Notes: generated by a model from the letters alone, not told the origin. Positions 10,401 through 22,396 are shown, numbered from the stretch's first letter. The stretch: 64,000 nucleotides of DNA from a bacterium (GCA_029555085.1 JAKPTO010000026.1:63435-127434), one strand, 5' to 3'. Translations and numbers: made by a program.

Positions 10401-12540
10401 CTTTCTTTGTTTCACTTTTTTGATCAAAATATTTATACACATCTGTTCTCTTGCCAAGAGCAAAATTAATTTTTCCTCCACTTATTTTATCAAGTCCATG
10501 CGCAAGTCCAGCGCCAATCCAATCACCAATGGCTTTAACACCAAACATTGAACCGATAATATTATATATTCCCTTACCTGTTGCTGCGCATAAGGCCCTC
10601 TTTTCTTCTTTTTCTTCTGGTGTTTTTGGTTTCTTAAAAATCAAATCAAAAGTTTTCTTAACCCTATCCTTAAATTTAACTTTTATCTGTTCTTCTTTTA
10701 ACTCTTCATTGATAATATGTTCTTCCGGCGTATTAGATTGAATTTCTTTTTCTGATTCAAAATTATTGTAAGTAGATGTCCATTTTATTTCTTGTCCCCA
10801 TTCTGGACTGGTATGGGTAGATGTCCATTTTGCTTCCTGTCTCTCTCCTTGACTCGTATTAGTTTCCCATTGTTGTTCTTGATTAGTATTAGATATTGTC
10901 TCTGGTTTTATTTCTTTTATTCCAAGTACATTGCTTATATATGTATTTGTATTTTCAAGAAGACTTGGTGCTATTTTTGTCACAAAATTTACAATAAAAG
11001 ACTCATTACCCTCCCTACCCTCATCTTCTACTCTATCCTTAGCTTCTAAAAATTTTCTTACCTCAATAATCTGATTATCGCTTAGTCTACTCAACTTGTA
11101 CTTTAAAATATCAACTCCGGTATTTTCTAATTCTAAATGTTTATTAAAAAATTTTTCCTCTGTTTTCGGCAAATCGTCTTCAAAGACTTGTTTTTCTTTA
11201 ATAACCTCCTCTTCTGATTTTTCAAAATTCTCTGATTTTGAAGTCTCTTCTTTTTCTGATTTAATCTTTTCTTCTGAATTTCCTAACAACTCTTTAACTT
11301 TATCTCTTAAACCGTATGCTCTAGTAACGAAATTAATATGATAGCTTTCGTGTCTCACTTGATCAATTATCTGCTTCAATTCCTCTGGACTATATTTTTC
11401 TTTGGTACCATCTATTGTCCCAATTTCTTCTATGGCAGAAAATAATTCCTCAAAATTTTTAGCATTGCTAATTTTTGCTTTTTGATTTTCTAGTAACTCT
11501 ACAACCTTATCTCTTAAACCGTATGTTCTAGTAACATAAGTATTGCGAAGATCTCCATTCCTTACTTGGTTAATGATCTGCTTCAATTCCTCTGGACTAT
11601 ATTTTTCTTTGGTACCATCTATTGTCCCAATTTCTTCTATGGCAGAAAATAATTCCTCAAAATTTTTAGCATTGCTAATTTTTGCTTTCCTATCTTCTTC
11701 TGTTTCTATTGTATTTTTTTTATTTTTCCCCTCAATTTCTTTTTTAGATTCACTTTCTCTCATCATTTCAATGAGTTTTTTTGCATGCATTTTAGCCCAT
11801 TGAATTTGTCCTTCATTATTTTCATAATCTAAACCTGCTTCTGGGTTAGGATGATTATCTTTTTCCCTATTTTCTATATCATGTTGTTTCCAACTCATAA
11901 GAATTTTATACGCAATAGCTGTTTCTAAATCATTTGTAGTATCTCTATACATGTCATAATGTTTGTAATAATCATTAAAAATGCCTTTATAATCTATACC
12001 CGTTTCCATATCTGGATTTTCAAAAAAATTCTTATACACTTTTTCAACTTCAGATTCCATATATTTATAATCTTCTGGATTGTCTGGTAATTCTGTTTTT
12101 ATAACTCTCTCTGGAACCTGATCTAAAACATTGAGATCTTTTTCTGATTCAAATTTTTCATCTATTTTTTCTTGTCCATCTTCGGGGATTTCTTTCGCAT
12201 ACTCGTCTGATGCTGATATAATTTCTTTTGCCCTTTTTATTCTCTTATTAATCTCAGGGACTAATTTTCTTAAATCTTCTAAATAATTAAAAAAAAGAGA
12301 ACGATCTTCATCAAATGTTTCTTGGTCACTCGATATAAGTATATATTGATCTGCACTAAATGATATATCCGACCTAATTTCTTCGAGTAATTCTTCACCC
12401 CTATTTAATATTTTCTCTAAAGCTTGTTTCTTAAATCTTATGAATCCATCTGGGTTATTATTATCTATAAATTCTCTGTATTGCTCATTCTTATCAACTA
12501 AATTTTTTAAATTCTCTGTAGGTTGTTTTATTTTATCCAT
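7417..12540 (-). CDS. Very large hypothetical protein (1707 aa) with internal repeats and central Gly/Ala-rich hydrophobic helices
   Basis: Uninterrupted 5.1-kb ORF, E/K-rich, with a 69-aa tandem duplication and PDHVPT and GLEQITENNFQELISE repeats. Confidence 0.85.
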   Translation of the reverse strand: MDKIKQPTENLKNLVDKNEQYREFIDNNNPDGFIRFKKQALEKILNRGEELLEEIRSDISFSADQYILISSDQETFDEDRSLFFNYLEDLRKLVPEINKRIKRAKEIISASDEYAKEIPEDGQEKIDEKFESEKDLNVLDQVPERVIKTELPDNPEDYKYMESEVEKVYKNFFENPDMETGIDYKGIFNDYYKHYDMYRDTTNDLETAIAYKILMSWKQHDIENREKDNHPNPEAGLDYENNEGQIQWAKMHAKKLIEMMRESESKKEIEGKNKKNTIETEEDRKAKISNAKNFEELFSAIEEIGTIDGTKEKYSPEELKQIINQVRNGDLRNTYVTRTYGLRDKVVELLENQKAKISNAKNFEELFSAIEEIGTIDGTKEKYSPEELKQIIDQVRHESYHINFVTRAYGLRDKVKELLGNSEEKIKSEKEETSKSENFEKSEEEVIKEKQVFEDDLPKTEEKFFNKHLELENTGVDILKYKLSRLSDNQIIEVRKFLEAKDRVEDEGREGNESFIVNFVTKIAPSLLENTNTYISNVLGIKEIKPETISNTNQEQQWETNTSQGERQEAKWTSTHTSPEWGQEIKWTSTYNNFESEKEIQSNTPEEHIINEELKEEQIKVKFKDRVKKTFDLIFKKPKTPEEKEEKRALCAATGKGIYNIIGSMFGVKAIGDWIGAGLAHGLDKISGGKINFALGKRTDVYKYFDQKSETKKDRVEAEKKTSDLAELISSNKEKFQKLYQDDNYKRRVAAISRYVEIYKNTKDETEREELERKIKTLSMENNKIRENFIKNEKISVDDVKEKAMQYNEMIKNARSQNYYDLPKEKRQEIEKKFNEGSLTDKEKLLYIISDHDQMTMRNRLNKVLLTNLESKNDLRKQRSKKIDYILQDYIQGTVNGSILVKDALNTAMVFGGGIGAAGLRGAMYGIFAFGGKLDKSALKYQKEYSWNKVGEKMKAHQYLGDAFKTMFLETYYGLSGKRYESSFYVENDKLKKHSDVRKLKGFDKKTTMMRAWGELLMALGMGTQALSGIQTSGASVDNMVQCFTKTFTQGNVLENMKDNFVSYADIVSRMERLGKSFENLKNSVFGKKDQVISTSRADDINEASQSFSPKKSDVSNFQDIKGLNPQRIQELADQGVPVAKGSSVSETLGISMPRGSKMTLVTSGPNGEPLILKNFDANVVAPGARVVVDPETNEVFAFVKPKSYESFYKHYVDNVMGVIKPKHGPNVSEIVRPTNVREVLPVEDIVKSNYPEQIEELQSKYFELNDDIIKSKLSITRLEEMLDDPNIPSNIQAKISEELNATRELLSQQQNTGEELNFQIARLQDEFNNGNTEIPVIKPDHVPTEDMLDHVPTESIEVTPDTLTNVPIETSEVPVVRDFSDLKEVFQFKEAGASADVEIGGNVVRIIEDNGEYYTDFNPNLPGLEQITENNFQELISESNIEDISDQVSSVQNLTIEPDHVPTKGISGRTPVEDILDRVPIAQNQTEILGVKRVNTFSELEEALKDVEDNIPVKFETNVGNNRVLEIQKDHGEYYADLDPQSPGLEQITENNFQELISEPNIEIIKTNTGTITEKWLDDYTKLVTFKEAGRSGTLKQVFDENGSIIKQTSDVSSVGTFFYSRERGTELYRIITESANKDIVHDKAFKLLSDIKLERTGSSKLNNFEIKFWELTLKSIPKNAPESTRIALDVLNDRMQRFVSTLYKK
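11283..11688. repeat. 207-bp-period tandem duplication inside the 1707-aa gene
   Basis: 11369-11481 and 11576-11688 are identical over 113 bp; the flanking parts have diverged. Confidence 0.9.
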
Positions 12541-12557
12541 ATTTTTGTAATTAAATT

Positions 12558-12746
12558 TTATTTATTTAAAAATTTCTTTCTAATATTTTCTAATTTTTTC
12601 TGAGTCATCAATGTTTCTATTTTTTTTACAATATCGTTTCTTTTTTTTGAAATAATAGATAATTCCGCCATTATAATATTTAATTCTTTATCAACTTCCT
12701 CTATAAGATCCTTATAATTCTTTATTTTTGTTTTTATTTCTTCCAT
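12558..12746 (-). CDS. Hypothetical small coiled-coil protein
   Basis: 62-aa ORF tightly packed in the operon. Confidence 0.6.
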   Translation of the reverse strand: MEEIKTKIKNYKDLIEEVDKELNIIMAELSIISKKRNDIVKKIETLMTQKKLENIRKKFLNK

Positions 12747-12756
12747 GTATTTATAT

Positions 12757-13074
12757 TTATTTTTTACTCCTTTTAAAAATAGAATCTAGTTCTGTTATTG
12801 TTTTTTCATCAATTTTTTTCTCTTTCTCGGCATATTCAATTGCCAATTGTTCTAATTTATTTTCCAATTCAATATTTAATAAGTCTAATTGCTCAGATGC
12901 AAATTTATTCTCAAGCGTCATTGCTACTTCTGCTACCTTTTCCGGAGGGAGATTATTTAATATCTCTATAAATAATTCCTTTGCATCATCGGATATATTC
13001 ATAGAAGCTAACAAAAAACCCAGCTTTTTACCAAAACCGCCTATCAATTCTTGGTCATTTATTTTTTTGCTCAT
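12757..13074 (-). CDS. Hypothetical protein
   Basis: 105-aa ORF tightly packed downstream of lgt. Confidence 0.7.
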   Translation of the reverse strand: MSKKINDQELIGGFGKKLGFLLASMNISDDAKELFIEILNNLPPEKVAEVAMTLENKFASEQLDLLNIELENKLEQLAIEYAEKEKKIDEKTITELDSIFKRSKK

Positions 13075-13078
13075 ATTG

Positions 13079-13855
13079 TTATTTTAATAATAAATTATAC
13101 AATTTTTTATATTTTTTGTCAATAAATAAAAAATAACTCGCAAATAATATAAAAATTAAAGCCATTATTTGCGGAAATCTAATTCCGAAAATATGAAGTG
13201 TTGTATCAATTCTTAAAAATTCCATAAAAAACCTAATAATTCCATAACCAAAAACATACAACAAAAATATTCTTCCTTCTTTGTAATGTCTCTTAAATAC
13301 TCTCATTAGTATAAAAAATAAAATTAAATTTAAAATAAATTCATATGCAAATATGGGATGATGATGAAACCCTGTTTTTTGTATATATATTGCCCATGGC
13401 ACATTTGAAACTTTTCCATACAATTCTGAGTTAAAAAAATTACCCCATCTCCCAATTGCTTGCCCAAGTGGAACAACAAGAGCAAAAATATCTAAATATT
13501 TTAGCGAATTCAATTTATGCTTTTTACAATAAAAATAAACAGTTAATATTCCAGCTATTATTGCTCCTTGAATTGCTATACCGCCACGCCAAATTCTAAA
13601 AATCTCCCAAAAATTATACTTATAATATTTAAAATCGAAAAACAATACTGAGTAAATTCTAGCCCCAATTATTCCAAAAATTATAATATAAAAATATAAA
13701 TTTTCTAAATGATTTTTATCAATTTCACTGCCCCTGGATAATCTTTCTATTAAATACATACACAATAAAATACCAAAAACTACTATAATTCCGTAAAAAT
13801 ATACATTGATTAACCCAAGGCGCAGTAATATTGGATGTGGATTTGCATTTATCAT
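13079..13855 (-). CDS. lgt: Prolipoprotein diacylglyceryl transferase
   Basis: IIGARIY, IWRGGIAIQG, GQAIGRWGNFFNSELYG, HPIFAYE and RFFMEFLR motifs. Confidence 0.96.
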   Translation of the reverse strand: MINANPHPILLRLGLINVYFYGIIVVFGILLCMYLIERLSRGSEIDKNHLENLYFYIIIFGIIGARIYSVLFFDFKYYKYNFWEIFRIWRGGIAIQGAIIAGILTVYFYCKKHKLNSLKYLDIFALVVPLGQAIGRWGNFFNSELYGKVSNVPWAIYIQKTGFHHHPIFAYEFILNLILFFILMRVFKRHYKEGRIFLLYVFGYGIIRFFMEFLRIDTTLHIFGIRFPQIMALIFILFASYFLFIDKKYKKLYNLLLK

Positions 13856-14565
13856 TGATTTGTTGTATTTTTAATTGCTTCTAAAATTTGTTCCCAAATT
13901 TGTTTATTTATAACACCCTGAAATAACTCCCCGTTTACAAAAAATGTTGGCGCTCCATTTACACCCGCTTTCAAGCCCAATTGAACATCAGAATAAATAA
14001 GGGATTCATATTTTTTCGAAAGATAACAGTCTTTAAATTTATTAACATCAAGATGAATATCCTTTGCAAACTGCATAAATGCAGATTCTCCTAAAATTCT
14101 CTGATTTTCAAATAATTTATCGTGCATTTCCCAAAACTTTCCTTGTTCATTTGCACAGCTTGATGCTAATGCGGGAGTTATATCATCCGATATTGGAAAA
14201 TATCTGTATATTAATTTTACACTATCTTTATTATCATTGACAAAATTTTTTAAATCTACATATGCAGACAAGCAGTATGGACAATTAAAATCTGAAAACT
14301 CAACTATCGTCATGATTGGAGATGAGGCCCCTCTCTGAGGAGAAGTTTTAGATTCCAACTCTTCTCTTTTAACTTTTTCTTTTGGGGTATTTGATGTGTT
14401 GCTATATGCAGAATAAAGAGTTAAGTCACTATTATGCATAATAATTGAACCGTCTTCTATTGCTTTTTTATAATCAAATACTTTTTTGACAAATAAAATA
14501 GCTACTGTCAAAAAAAAGATTAAAAAAACCCCTAAGAATATATGCCATTTTTTAATTTTAATCAT
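13852..14565 (-). CDS. DsbA-family thioredoxin-domain protein
   Basis: TM anchor, VEFSDFNCPYC, EQGKFWEMHDKLF and GVNGAPTFFVNG. Confidence 0.92.
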   Translation of the reverse strand: MIKIKKWHIFLGVFLIFFLTVAILFVKKVFDYKKAIEDGSIIMHNSDLTLYSAYSNTSNTPKEKVKREELESKTSPQRGASSPIMTIVEFSDFNCPYCLSAYVDLKNFVNDNKDSVKLIYRYFPISDDITPALASSCANEQGKFWEMHDKLFENQRILGESAFMQFAKDIHLDVNKFKDCYLSKKYESLIYSDVQLGLKAGVNGAPTFFVNGELFQGVINKQIWEQILEAIKNTTNQ

Positions 14566-14571
14566 ATGATT

Positions 14572-15996
14572 TTATTTATTTATAAAATTTTTTTCTAAAT
14601 TCCATGCTAATTTCAAAACATTTTCCTCGTCCATATATTTTCCCATAATTTGTAATCCTATTGGCAAGTCATTTGATTTTAGAGGTATTGAAATTGCTGG
14701 AATATCCGCGATACTTGCTGAAACTGTAAATATATCAGAAAAATACATTTTTAGTGGATCTTTTAATTTTTCTCCGATTTTAAAAGCTTTCGTTGGTGTG
14801 GTTGGAGTAATAATAAAATCTACATTTTTAAAAATTTCGTTCAATTTATTTTTTATATCGCCTTGAACTAACATTGCTCTATTATAATAAGCTTCTTTAT
14901 ATCCACTTGATAAAACATAATTTCCTATTAAAATTCTTCTTTTAACTTCATCTCCCATACCCATTGTTCTATTTTTTTTGTATGCATCGTCTAAAGAATC
15001 ATACACCTTGGAATCAAAACCATATCTAAACCCATCATATTTCGCTAGATTTGAGGAACTTTCCGCTGGCTGAATTATACAGTAGGCAGCAAGAGCTTCA
15101 TCAATAAAAGACATGTTTATTTCTTTTATTTTTATTTTTGCTCCCCTTAAATCTTTAATTAATTTGTCAAAAGACTCTAATATGTTTTTATCTGTTACAA
15201 AATTATCAAAATTTTTTGGTATTCCTATTGTTATATTTTTTATTTTTGATTTTATATTACGAATATTAACTTTTTTAGTATTTAAATTTGTTGCATCATC
15301 GTCGTCTTTACCAACAATTACATTAAATAAGATTGCACAATCAAGAGAAGAATTAGCAATTGGTCCTATTTGATCAAATGAGGAGGCAAGTGAAATAAGT
15401 CCATTTCTTGAAATTCTTCCATAGCTTGGTTTTAATCCACAAACTCCGCAAAAACTAGCCGGCTGTCTTATGGAACCGCTAGTATCACTTCCTAAAGCAA
15501 CAGCACAATGACCAGAGGCAACTGAAACAGCGCTACCACCAGACGAACCACCAGAAACTCTTTTTCTATCATGAGGATTTAATACAGGACCAAAAAATGA
15601 TGTCTCATTCGATGATCCCATTGCAAACTCATCCATATTTGTTTTACCAAGAATAATAACACCACTTTGTTTTAATTTTTTAATAACATATGCATCGTAC
15701 GAAGCCACATAATTAGACAACATTTTTGAACCAGCAGTTGTCTTGTGATCCTTAACTAAAATATTATCTTTTATGGCTATCGGAACTCCTTCTAATAATT
15801 CTAGTTTTTTACCGCTTTTAATTTTTTCATCAATTTTTTGTGCTTGTTCTATTGAATCATTCTCAAAAATAGTAATAAAATCATTCAAATTATCTGACTT
15901 AATTTTTTTTATACAATCTTTTATCAAATCAACACAAGAGATTATTTTATTGTTTAACTCTCTATTAATTTTCTCTATTGTAAAATTATTATTCAT
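14572..15996 (-). CDS. gatA: Glutamyl-tRNA(Gln) amidotransferase subunit A
   Basis: GKTNMDEFAMGSS, GGSSGGSA, GSDTSGSIRQPASFCG and EVKRRILIG. Confidence 0.97.
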   Translation of the reverse strand: MNNNFTIEKINRELNNKIISCVDLIKDCIKKIKSDNLNDFITIFENDSIEQAQKIDEKIKSGKKLELLEGVPIAIKDNILVKDHKTTAGSKMLSNYVASYDAYVIKKLKQSGVIILGKTNMDEFAMGSSNETSFFGPVLNPHDRKRVSGGSSGGSAVSVASGHCAVALGSDTSGSIRQPASFCGVCGLKPSYGRISRNGLISLASSFDQIGPIANSSLDCAILFNVIVGKDDDDATNLNTKKVNIRNIKSKIKNITIGIPKNFDNFVTDKNILESFDKLIKDLRGAKIKIKEINMSFIDEALAAYCIIQPAESSSNLAKYDGFRYGFDSKVYDSLDDAYKKNRTMGMGDEVKRRILIGNYVLSSGYKEAYYNRAMLVQGDIKNKLNEIFKNVDFIITPTTPTKAFKIGEKLKDPLKMYFSDIFTVSASIADIPAISIPLKSNDLPIGLQIMGKYMDEENVLKLAWNLEKNFINK

Positions 15997-16000
15997 AGAT

Positions 16001-16273
16001 TTACAAAACCTTCTTTACTCTTAGTAAATTATCCTTTTTGTCAGCAAATTGTGATATAAGTAAATCGCTTTGGGATGTTTTAATTTTATCTTTTCTTAAA
16101 TTTGTATATTTACTATTATTGGATTTTATTTTTTCTGAGATTGGATACTGCTGAACTTTTTTTACATAATTTAAAATATTGTTAATATCTTTCAATAAAG
16201 TACTTTCCTCTTTTTTAGAAAGTTGTATTTTTGAAAACTCAGCAAGTTTTAAAATTTCTTTTTTCGTTAACAT
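16001..16273 (-). CDS. gatC: Asp/Glu-tRNA amidotransferase subunit C
   Basis: 90 aa, ILKLAEFSKI...INNILNYV...LRKD...RVKKVL. Directly upstream of gatA. Confidence 0.88.
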   Translation of the reverse strand: MLTKKEILKLAEFSKIQLSKKEESTLLKDINNILNYVKKVQQYPISEKIKSNNSKYTNLRKDKIKTSQSDLLISQFADKKDNLLRVKKVL

Positions 16274-16277
16274 GTTT

Positions 16278-18293
<2,016 letters not shown>

Positions 18294-19130
18294 CTAATTA
18301 AAATCTTTTAACAAAGATTCTTCAGAAAATATAACATAATCAAATAACCCAGATAAAGGATCTTCTCTTCTTAAACTAACAGACAATGCTTGTCTATTAG
18401 CATTTTCTATATCTCCTCCGGGATATTGACCAATTGTTTTTATTACATATATATTTTTAAACTTCAGAGAATTATTATCTCCATCAAATGCTTGAATTTT
18501 TAAATCATGAATATCACAAAATAAAGCTTTGACTCTAAATTGATAAATCTTATTTGGATCTAAACTAGAACCGCCAATTTCAGTTATTGAATCACTTGAC
18601 TCGTTTAGTAAAGATTTATAAACATGTTGCGATTCGCCCCCCGCGCTCCAAACAATACTTCCTCCGGACTTCCATTCATTTACTGTAAGTTCTATCCAAG
18701 AACTATTTGGCGACTCTTCGGTGGAACAATTATCCTCCCAAGAAATTGAAAGATAAGATAGATTACTCGCCTCCCCTAAATCCTCTAAATTGTAAAGGTC
18801 GAATTGAAAAAATTGATTTTTTTTGAGACCTATATTTATACTTTGAATATCGTCATCTACTGTTCTAATTATGGAACTATCAAAGCCATTAAAAAAATAA
18901 CTGTCGGTATTTAATTTTTCTGGAATTATGTTTTTTTGCCTTAAATAGTATATTGCTTGTTCATTGCCTGATTCTGCAGCATAAAAAGCAATATTTGCAT
19001 TATCAACGCTTTTAGATTGCTTAATTTGCCTTAAAGAGAATCTTGATACATAAAGAACACTTACCAAAATAGAAGTCATAATTAAAAACGCTAATAAAAG
19101 AGCTGATCCATTTTTAACTTTAATTGTCAT
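18294..19130 (-). CDS. PilX-like minor pilin
   Basis: KNG/SALLLA prepilin-like N-terminus and AFYAAESG motif. Confidence 0.8.
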   Translation of the reverse strand: MTIKVKNGSALLLAFLIMTSILVSVLYVSRFSLRQIKQSKSVDNANIAFYAAESGNEQAIYYLRQKNIIPEKLNTDSYFFNGFDSSIIRTVDDDIQSINIGLKKNQFFQFDLYNLEDLGEASNLSYLSISWEDNCSTEESPNSSWIELTVNEWKSGGSIVWSAGGESQHVYKSLLNESSDSITEIGGSSLDPNKIYQFRVKALFCDIHDLKIQAFDGDNNSLKFKNIYVIKTIGQYPGGDIENANRQALSVSLRREDPLSGLFDYVIFSEESLLKDFN

Positions 19131-19132
19131 AA

Positions 19133-19693
19133 TTATTTTATATAATTTCTTGCACTTACTGTTGTTTGTAATAAAATTTCTGCACCATCTCTATTATCAA
19201 CAAATGTCATAACAATTGTTACAAGTGTTTGCTTGTTTAAATCCCCAGCAAGCTTTTCTGTTGATATAGTTGGGCTAATATAAAAATACATATCTTTCAC
19301 GCTAACACTATTTCCAGTTACATCACTCCAACCAGAATCATTATATTTAACTTGCAGAAAAGTATTGTTTTTTCCTCCAACTAATTTTACTTGTTTTCGA
19401 AAAAAAATCTTATTACCGGAATTATCTTCTAGAGCCAACTCTGTTATTGGGTTTTTTACTGTAAAATCTGGATAATAAGAATAATCAACATTACCCAATC
19501 TTACTTCTCTAGATATATAATCCATTGCGAACCTCATCTCATTTTGTACCCTTTGCATTGCTATAATCTTTGTATTTGCCTTCATTGTTAATATGTACAC
19601 ACCAATACAAATCGTTGAAACAATACTAAAAATAGCAGTCGCGACAATCATTTCAAGTAATGTAAATCCTGGTTTTTTATATATTTTTTCCAT
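19133..19693 (-). CDS. Prepilin-type N-terminal methylation domain protein (PilW-like)
   Basis: G/FTLLEMIVA prepilin motif and DYISREVR. Confidence 0.88.
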   Translation of the reverse strand: MEKIYKKPGFTLLEMIVATAIFSIVSTICIGVYILTMKANTKIIAMQRVQNEMRFAMDYISREVRLGNVDYSYYPDFTVKNPITELALEDNSGNKIFFRKQVKLVGGKNNTFLQVKYNDSGWSDVTGNSVSVKDMYFYISPTISTEKLAGDLNKQTLVTIVMTFVDNRDGAEILLQTTVSARNYIK

Positions 19694-19704
19694 AAATTAA
19701 AATA

Positions 19705-20364
19705 CTATTTCCAATTATATATCCTTTCTTGTATCTGGGTTGTTTTGATCGAACCTCCATCGTTCCAACCAACTAAAGAAGTTACCTGTAGGCCTATAAA
19801 ATTTGTAGGATCTTCGCATTCTGATTCTGGTGATGTATTAATTATTTCATCTTCCCATTCATCATTATAACAAATCGCATCTATATATATTATTCTATAA
19901 AAATTAGCATCCGACAATTGATAAGAATCTAATCCCTCCATAGAATCTTTATGAACATATATTTTTTGATTTGGCGATTCTTCTGGCCAAGCTAAGAACA
20001 ATTTACATTGTCCAGTCTCAAGACATTTATCCCAAGGTATGCTAATGTATTCTAAAATATATCCATCTTGATCTTCCCTGGGATACTTATTATCTAATAT
20101 AAATGTTCTTGAATCTCCATCAATTGCTAAATCCGGTAATAATCCACTGCTCCACGCTAATCCATCAATCCAATTTGAATCTCTTATATTTCTAACAACT
20201 TCCACTCCTTCTCTGGCTAAGTTCGTGGCTTTAAGCATATTATGATTGAAACGCTCAACCCTAAGATTCGCCACAACTAAATTCATAATAGATAAAATAC
20301 CTACCACTGCTATATAAATAGCTATTACTACCTCCAATATTCCCTGTGCTTTACTTTTTTTCAT
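19705..20364 (-). CDS. PilV-like minor pilin
   Basis: AQGILEVVIAI N-terminus and ATNLAREGVEVVRNIRDSNW motif. Confidence 0.8.
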   Translation of the reverse strand: MKKSKAQGILEVVIAIYIAVVGILSIMNLVVANLRVERFNHNMLKATNLAREGVEVVRNIRDSNWIDGLAWSSGLLPDLAIDGDSRTFILDNKYPREDQDGYILEYISIPWDKCLETGQCKLFLAWPEESPNQKIYVHKDSMEGLDSYQLSDANFYRIIYIDAICYNDEWEDEIINTSPESECEDPTNFIGLQVTSLVGWNDGGSIKTTQIQERIYNWK

Positions 20365-20366
20365 AT

Positions 20367-20948
20367 TTAATTATTTAAAAATTCAGACCATGTTTTACCA
20401 GAACCTGGAGTAATGTTTATTACCCATTTCCCCGGTGCCTTAGTACTGCCTAAAAATATCTGACAAGACAAAACATTTTCATCTTTATTTTCATCTATAA
20501 TAATAGACATTAAACCTTTTGGCATTGAAAAATTAATATCTAATGATTCTAATTCTTTTTCTTCGTATCCAAGTTCTGATTCATCTTTAATTTTACACCG
20601 TAACTGATCAAAATAAAACTGACTTTCTAAAATATTTTCTGAATAAATTAAATTTTCATTATAAAAACCATAAACACCAATATCTGCGTAAATATTATAT
20701 GAATATGAACCATTTACATCCTTTAAAAAAATTATTCCATAACCATTAATAGGTACTGTATTTTGAATTTTTTGACCTGTTAGTGAAAGATTTTTTGTAA
20801 ATCCTATTGAATCTTCTATGTCATAAGCTGTTAAACGAAATTCATTTATTCTTCTTGTATATCCATAATCAAGAATAACAACACTTAAGAGAATTACAAA
20901 TATACCAATCGCAACTACAACCTCTATTATTGTAAAAGCTTTTTTCAT
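20367..20948 (-). CDS. Prepilin-type protein (FimT/GspH-like)
   Basis: KA/FTIIEVVVAIGI prepilin motif; first gene of the minor-pilin series. Confidence 0.8.
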   Translation of the reverse strand: MKKAFTIIEVVVAIGIFVILLSVVILDYGYTRRINEFRLTAYDIEDSIGFTKNLSLTGQKIQNTVPINGYGIIFLKDVNGSYSYNIYADIGVYGFYNENLIYSENILESQFYFDQLRCKIKDESELGYEEKELESLDINFSMPKGLMSIIIDENKDENVLSCQIFLGSTKAPGKWVINITPGSGKTWSEFLNN

Positions 20949-21724
20949 ATAATTAATAAATTAATATACCAATTCAATAATTGCTCTCCGAAAAGAAAAG
21001 AAATAAACATTGCAAAAGAAATAAATGGTCCAAGAGGAATTTTTAATTTAGTTTTTTCTTTTTTAGATTTAGATAATAAAAGAAAAATACCAATTATTGC
21101 TCCGGAAAAGTAAGTAATCAATAACGCCACAATTGTAATTTTAAATCCCAAAAGCGCACCCATAAAAACCCCGAGCAATATGTCTCCACTACCAAGCCAT
21201 TTTCCTTTTGAAATAACATATTGTATACCAAAAAAAATTACTCCGAGAACAATCCCATAAAAAATATTTAAAATATTATTTTTCATTATTAAATTAAAAA
21301 TAATAGATAAAACTATCCCCAAATAAACTATAAAATCCACTATTAAATAGTATTTCAAATCATAAATAAATATAAAAGACAAAATAAATACAAGTATTAA
21401 ATAAAATATAAAGCTAATAATTAATTGACCATGAAGCCAAAGTCCAGAAACAAAGAAAAACCAATATCCGAATGAAAATAAAATTCCTAGAATTACCTCA
21501 ACAAAAAAATTCTCAAATTGAATCTTTGATTTACAATATCTACATTTCCCAAGTAAAACAATGTAAGAAAAAACTGGAATTAAATCTAAAATCCCCAATG
21601 TTTTTTTACAATTAAGACAATACGATCTATTAAGTATTGATTTTTCTTCATTTATTCGATAAATCAAGCAATCTAAAAAACTACCAAAAACAGCCCCTAA
21701 AATAAAAAATAGTATATAGAACAT
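20945..21724 (-). CDS. pilD: Prepilin peptidase
   Basis: GSFL..IYR, two CxxC (CLNC, CRYC), IYDLK, GSGD and PLGPFI. Start taken at the ATG 6 nt after TGCTATAAT. Confidence 0.94.
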   Translation of the reverse strand: MFYILFFILGAVFGSFLDCLIYRINEEKSILNRSYCLNCKKTLGILDLIPVFSYIVLLGKCRYCKSKIQFENFFVEVILGILFSFGYWFFFVSGLWLHGQLIISFIFYLILVFILSFIFIYDLKYYLIVDFIVYLGIVLSIIFNLIMKNNILNIFYGIVLGVIFFGIQYVISKGKWLGSGDILLGVFMGALLGFKITIVALLITYFSGAIIGIFLLLSKSKKEKTKLKIPLGPFISFAMFISFLFGEQLLNWYINLLII

Positions 21725-21778
21725 ACCATTATTATAGCACAAAATCTCGGATTATAATATTTATATTTTCATCCAAAA

Positions 21779-22396
21779 TTACTTCAAAATTGTACCTGTT
21801 TTTATATACCAGATATAAATATCTAACTCTCCCTGACTCATATCCAATTTTTTGCATATTTTATGCATTTTTTTCTCTATTTCAATATATCTCTTTGGTG
21901 TTAATGTTTTATATTCAGCTATTATTCCGTTATCAATCAAACTACTAATAATATGCCTATCTAAAATAGCATAATCAAAAAAACCAACATTTCTTAAAAA
22001 ATGCGACGATTCCTTCATCCCAAGACCTTTTATATTTTTCAAAAGCCACATTCTTTTATCATTTTCTTCTAATAAAATATCTTTGATGTTTTTATACTTT
22101 CTTGCCAAAACAATACGATTCGCGCGTTGAGGCCAAAATCTATGACCTGATTTTTTCAAAAATCTTGCTAATTTTTCTTCATTCCAATTTAAAAAACCAT
22201 TCGGAGTTAATTTTTTTTGAATTTCAATTGACTCTTTTGCTTTCCAATTTGAAGTTAATAAACAATAACAAAGTTCAAAAAACCATTCATTGTTTGATTT
22301 TTTGTTTAAAATTAAAAAATCTTTTAATCTTCTATCAATTTTATTTTTGATTTTTGATTTTCTTATTTCTTGAATTTTGTTTATTAATTTTTTCAT
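21779..22396 (-). CDS. ogg: 8-oxoguanine N-glycosylase/DNA lyase (Ogg2 type)
   Basis: FFELCYCLLT, GHRF, IKGLGMKESSHFLRNVG, AILDRHI and LDIYIWY..TG.ILK. Likely start MKKLINK. Confidence 0.9.
   Translation of the reverse strand: MKKLINKIQEIRKSKIKNKIDRRLKDFLILNKKSNNEWFFELCYCLLTSNWKAKESIEIQKKLTPNGFLNWNEEKLARFLKKSGHRFWPQRANRIVLARKYKNIKDILLEENDKRMWLLKNIKGLGMKESSHFLRNVGFFDYAILDRHIISSLIDNGIIAEYKTLTPKRYIEIEKKMHKICKKLDMSQGELDIYIWYIKTGTILK

Noticed and set aside
11283-11688. 207-bp duplication as a DGR template/variable repeat
   Set aside because: Both copies are in frame within one gene and the differences are not adenine-specific.
14572-16273. gatB missing from the gatCA pair
   Set aside because: gatB is often unlinked, and absence cannot be judged from one window.
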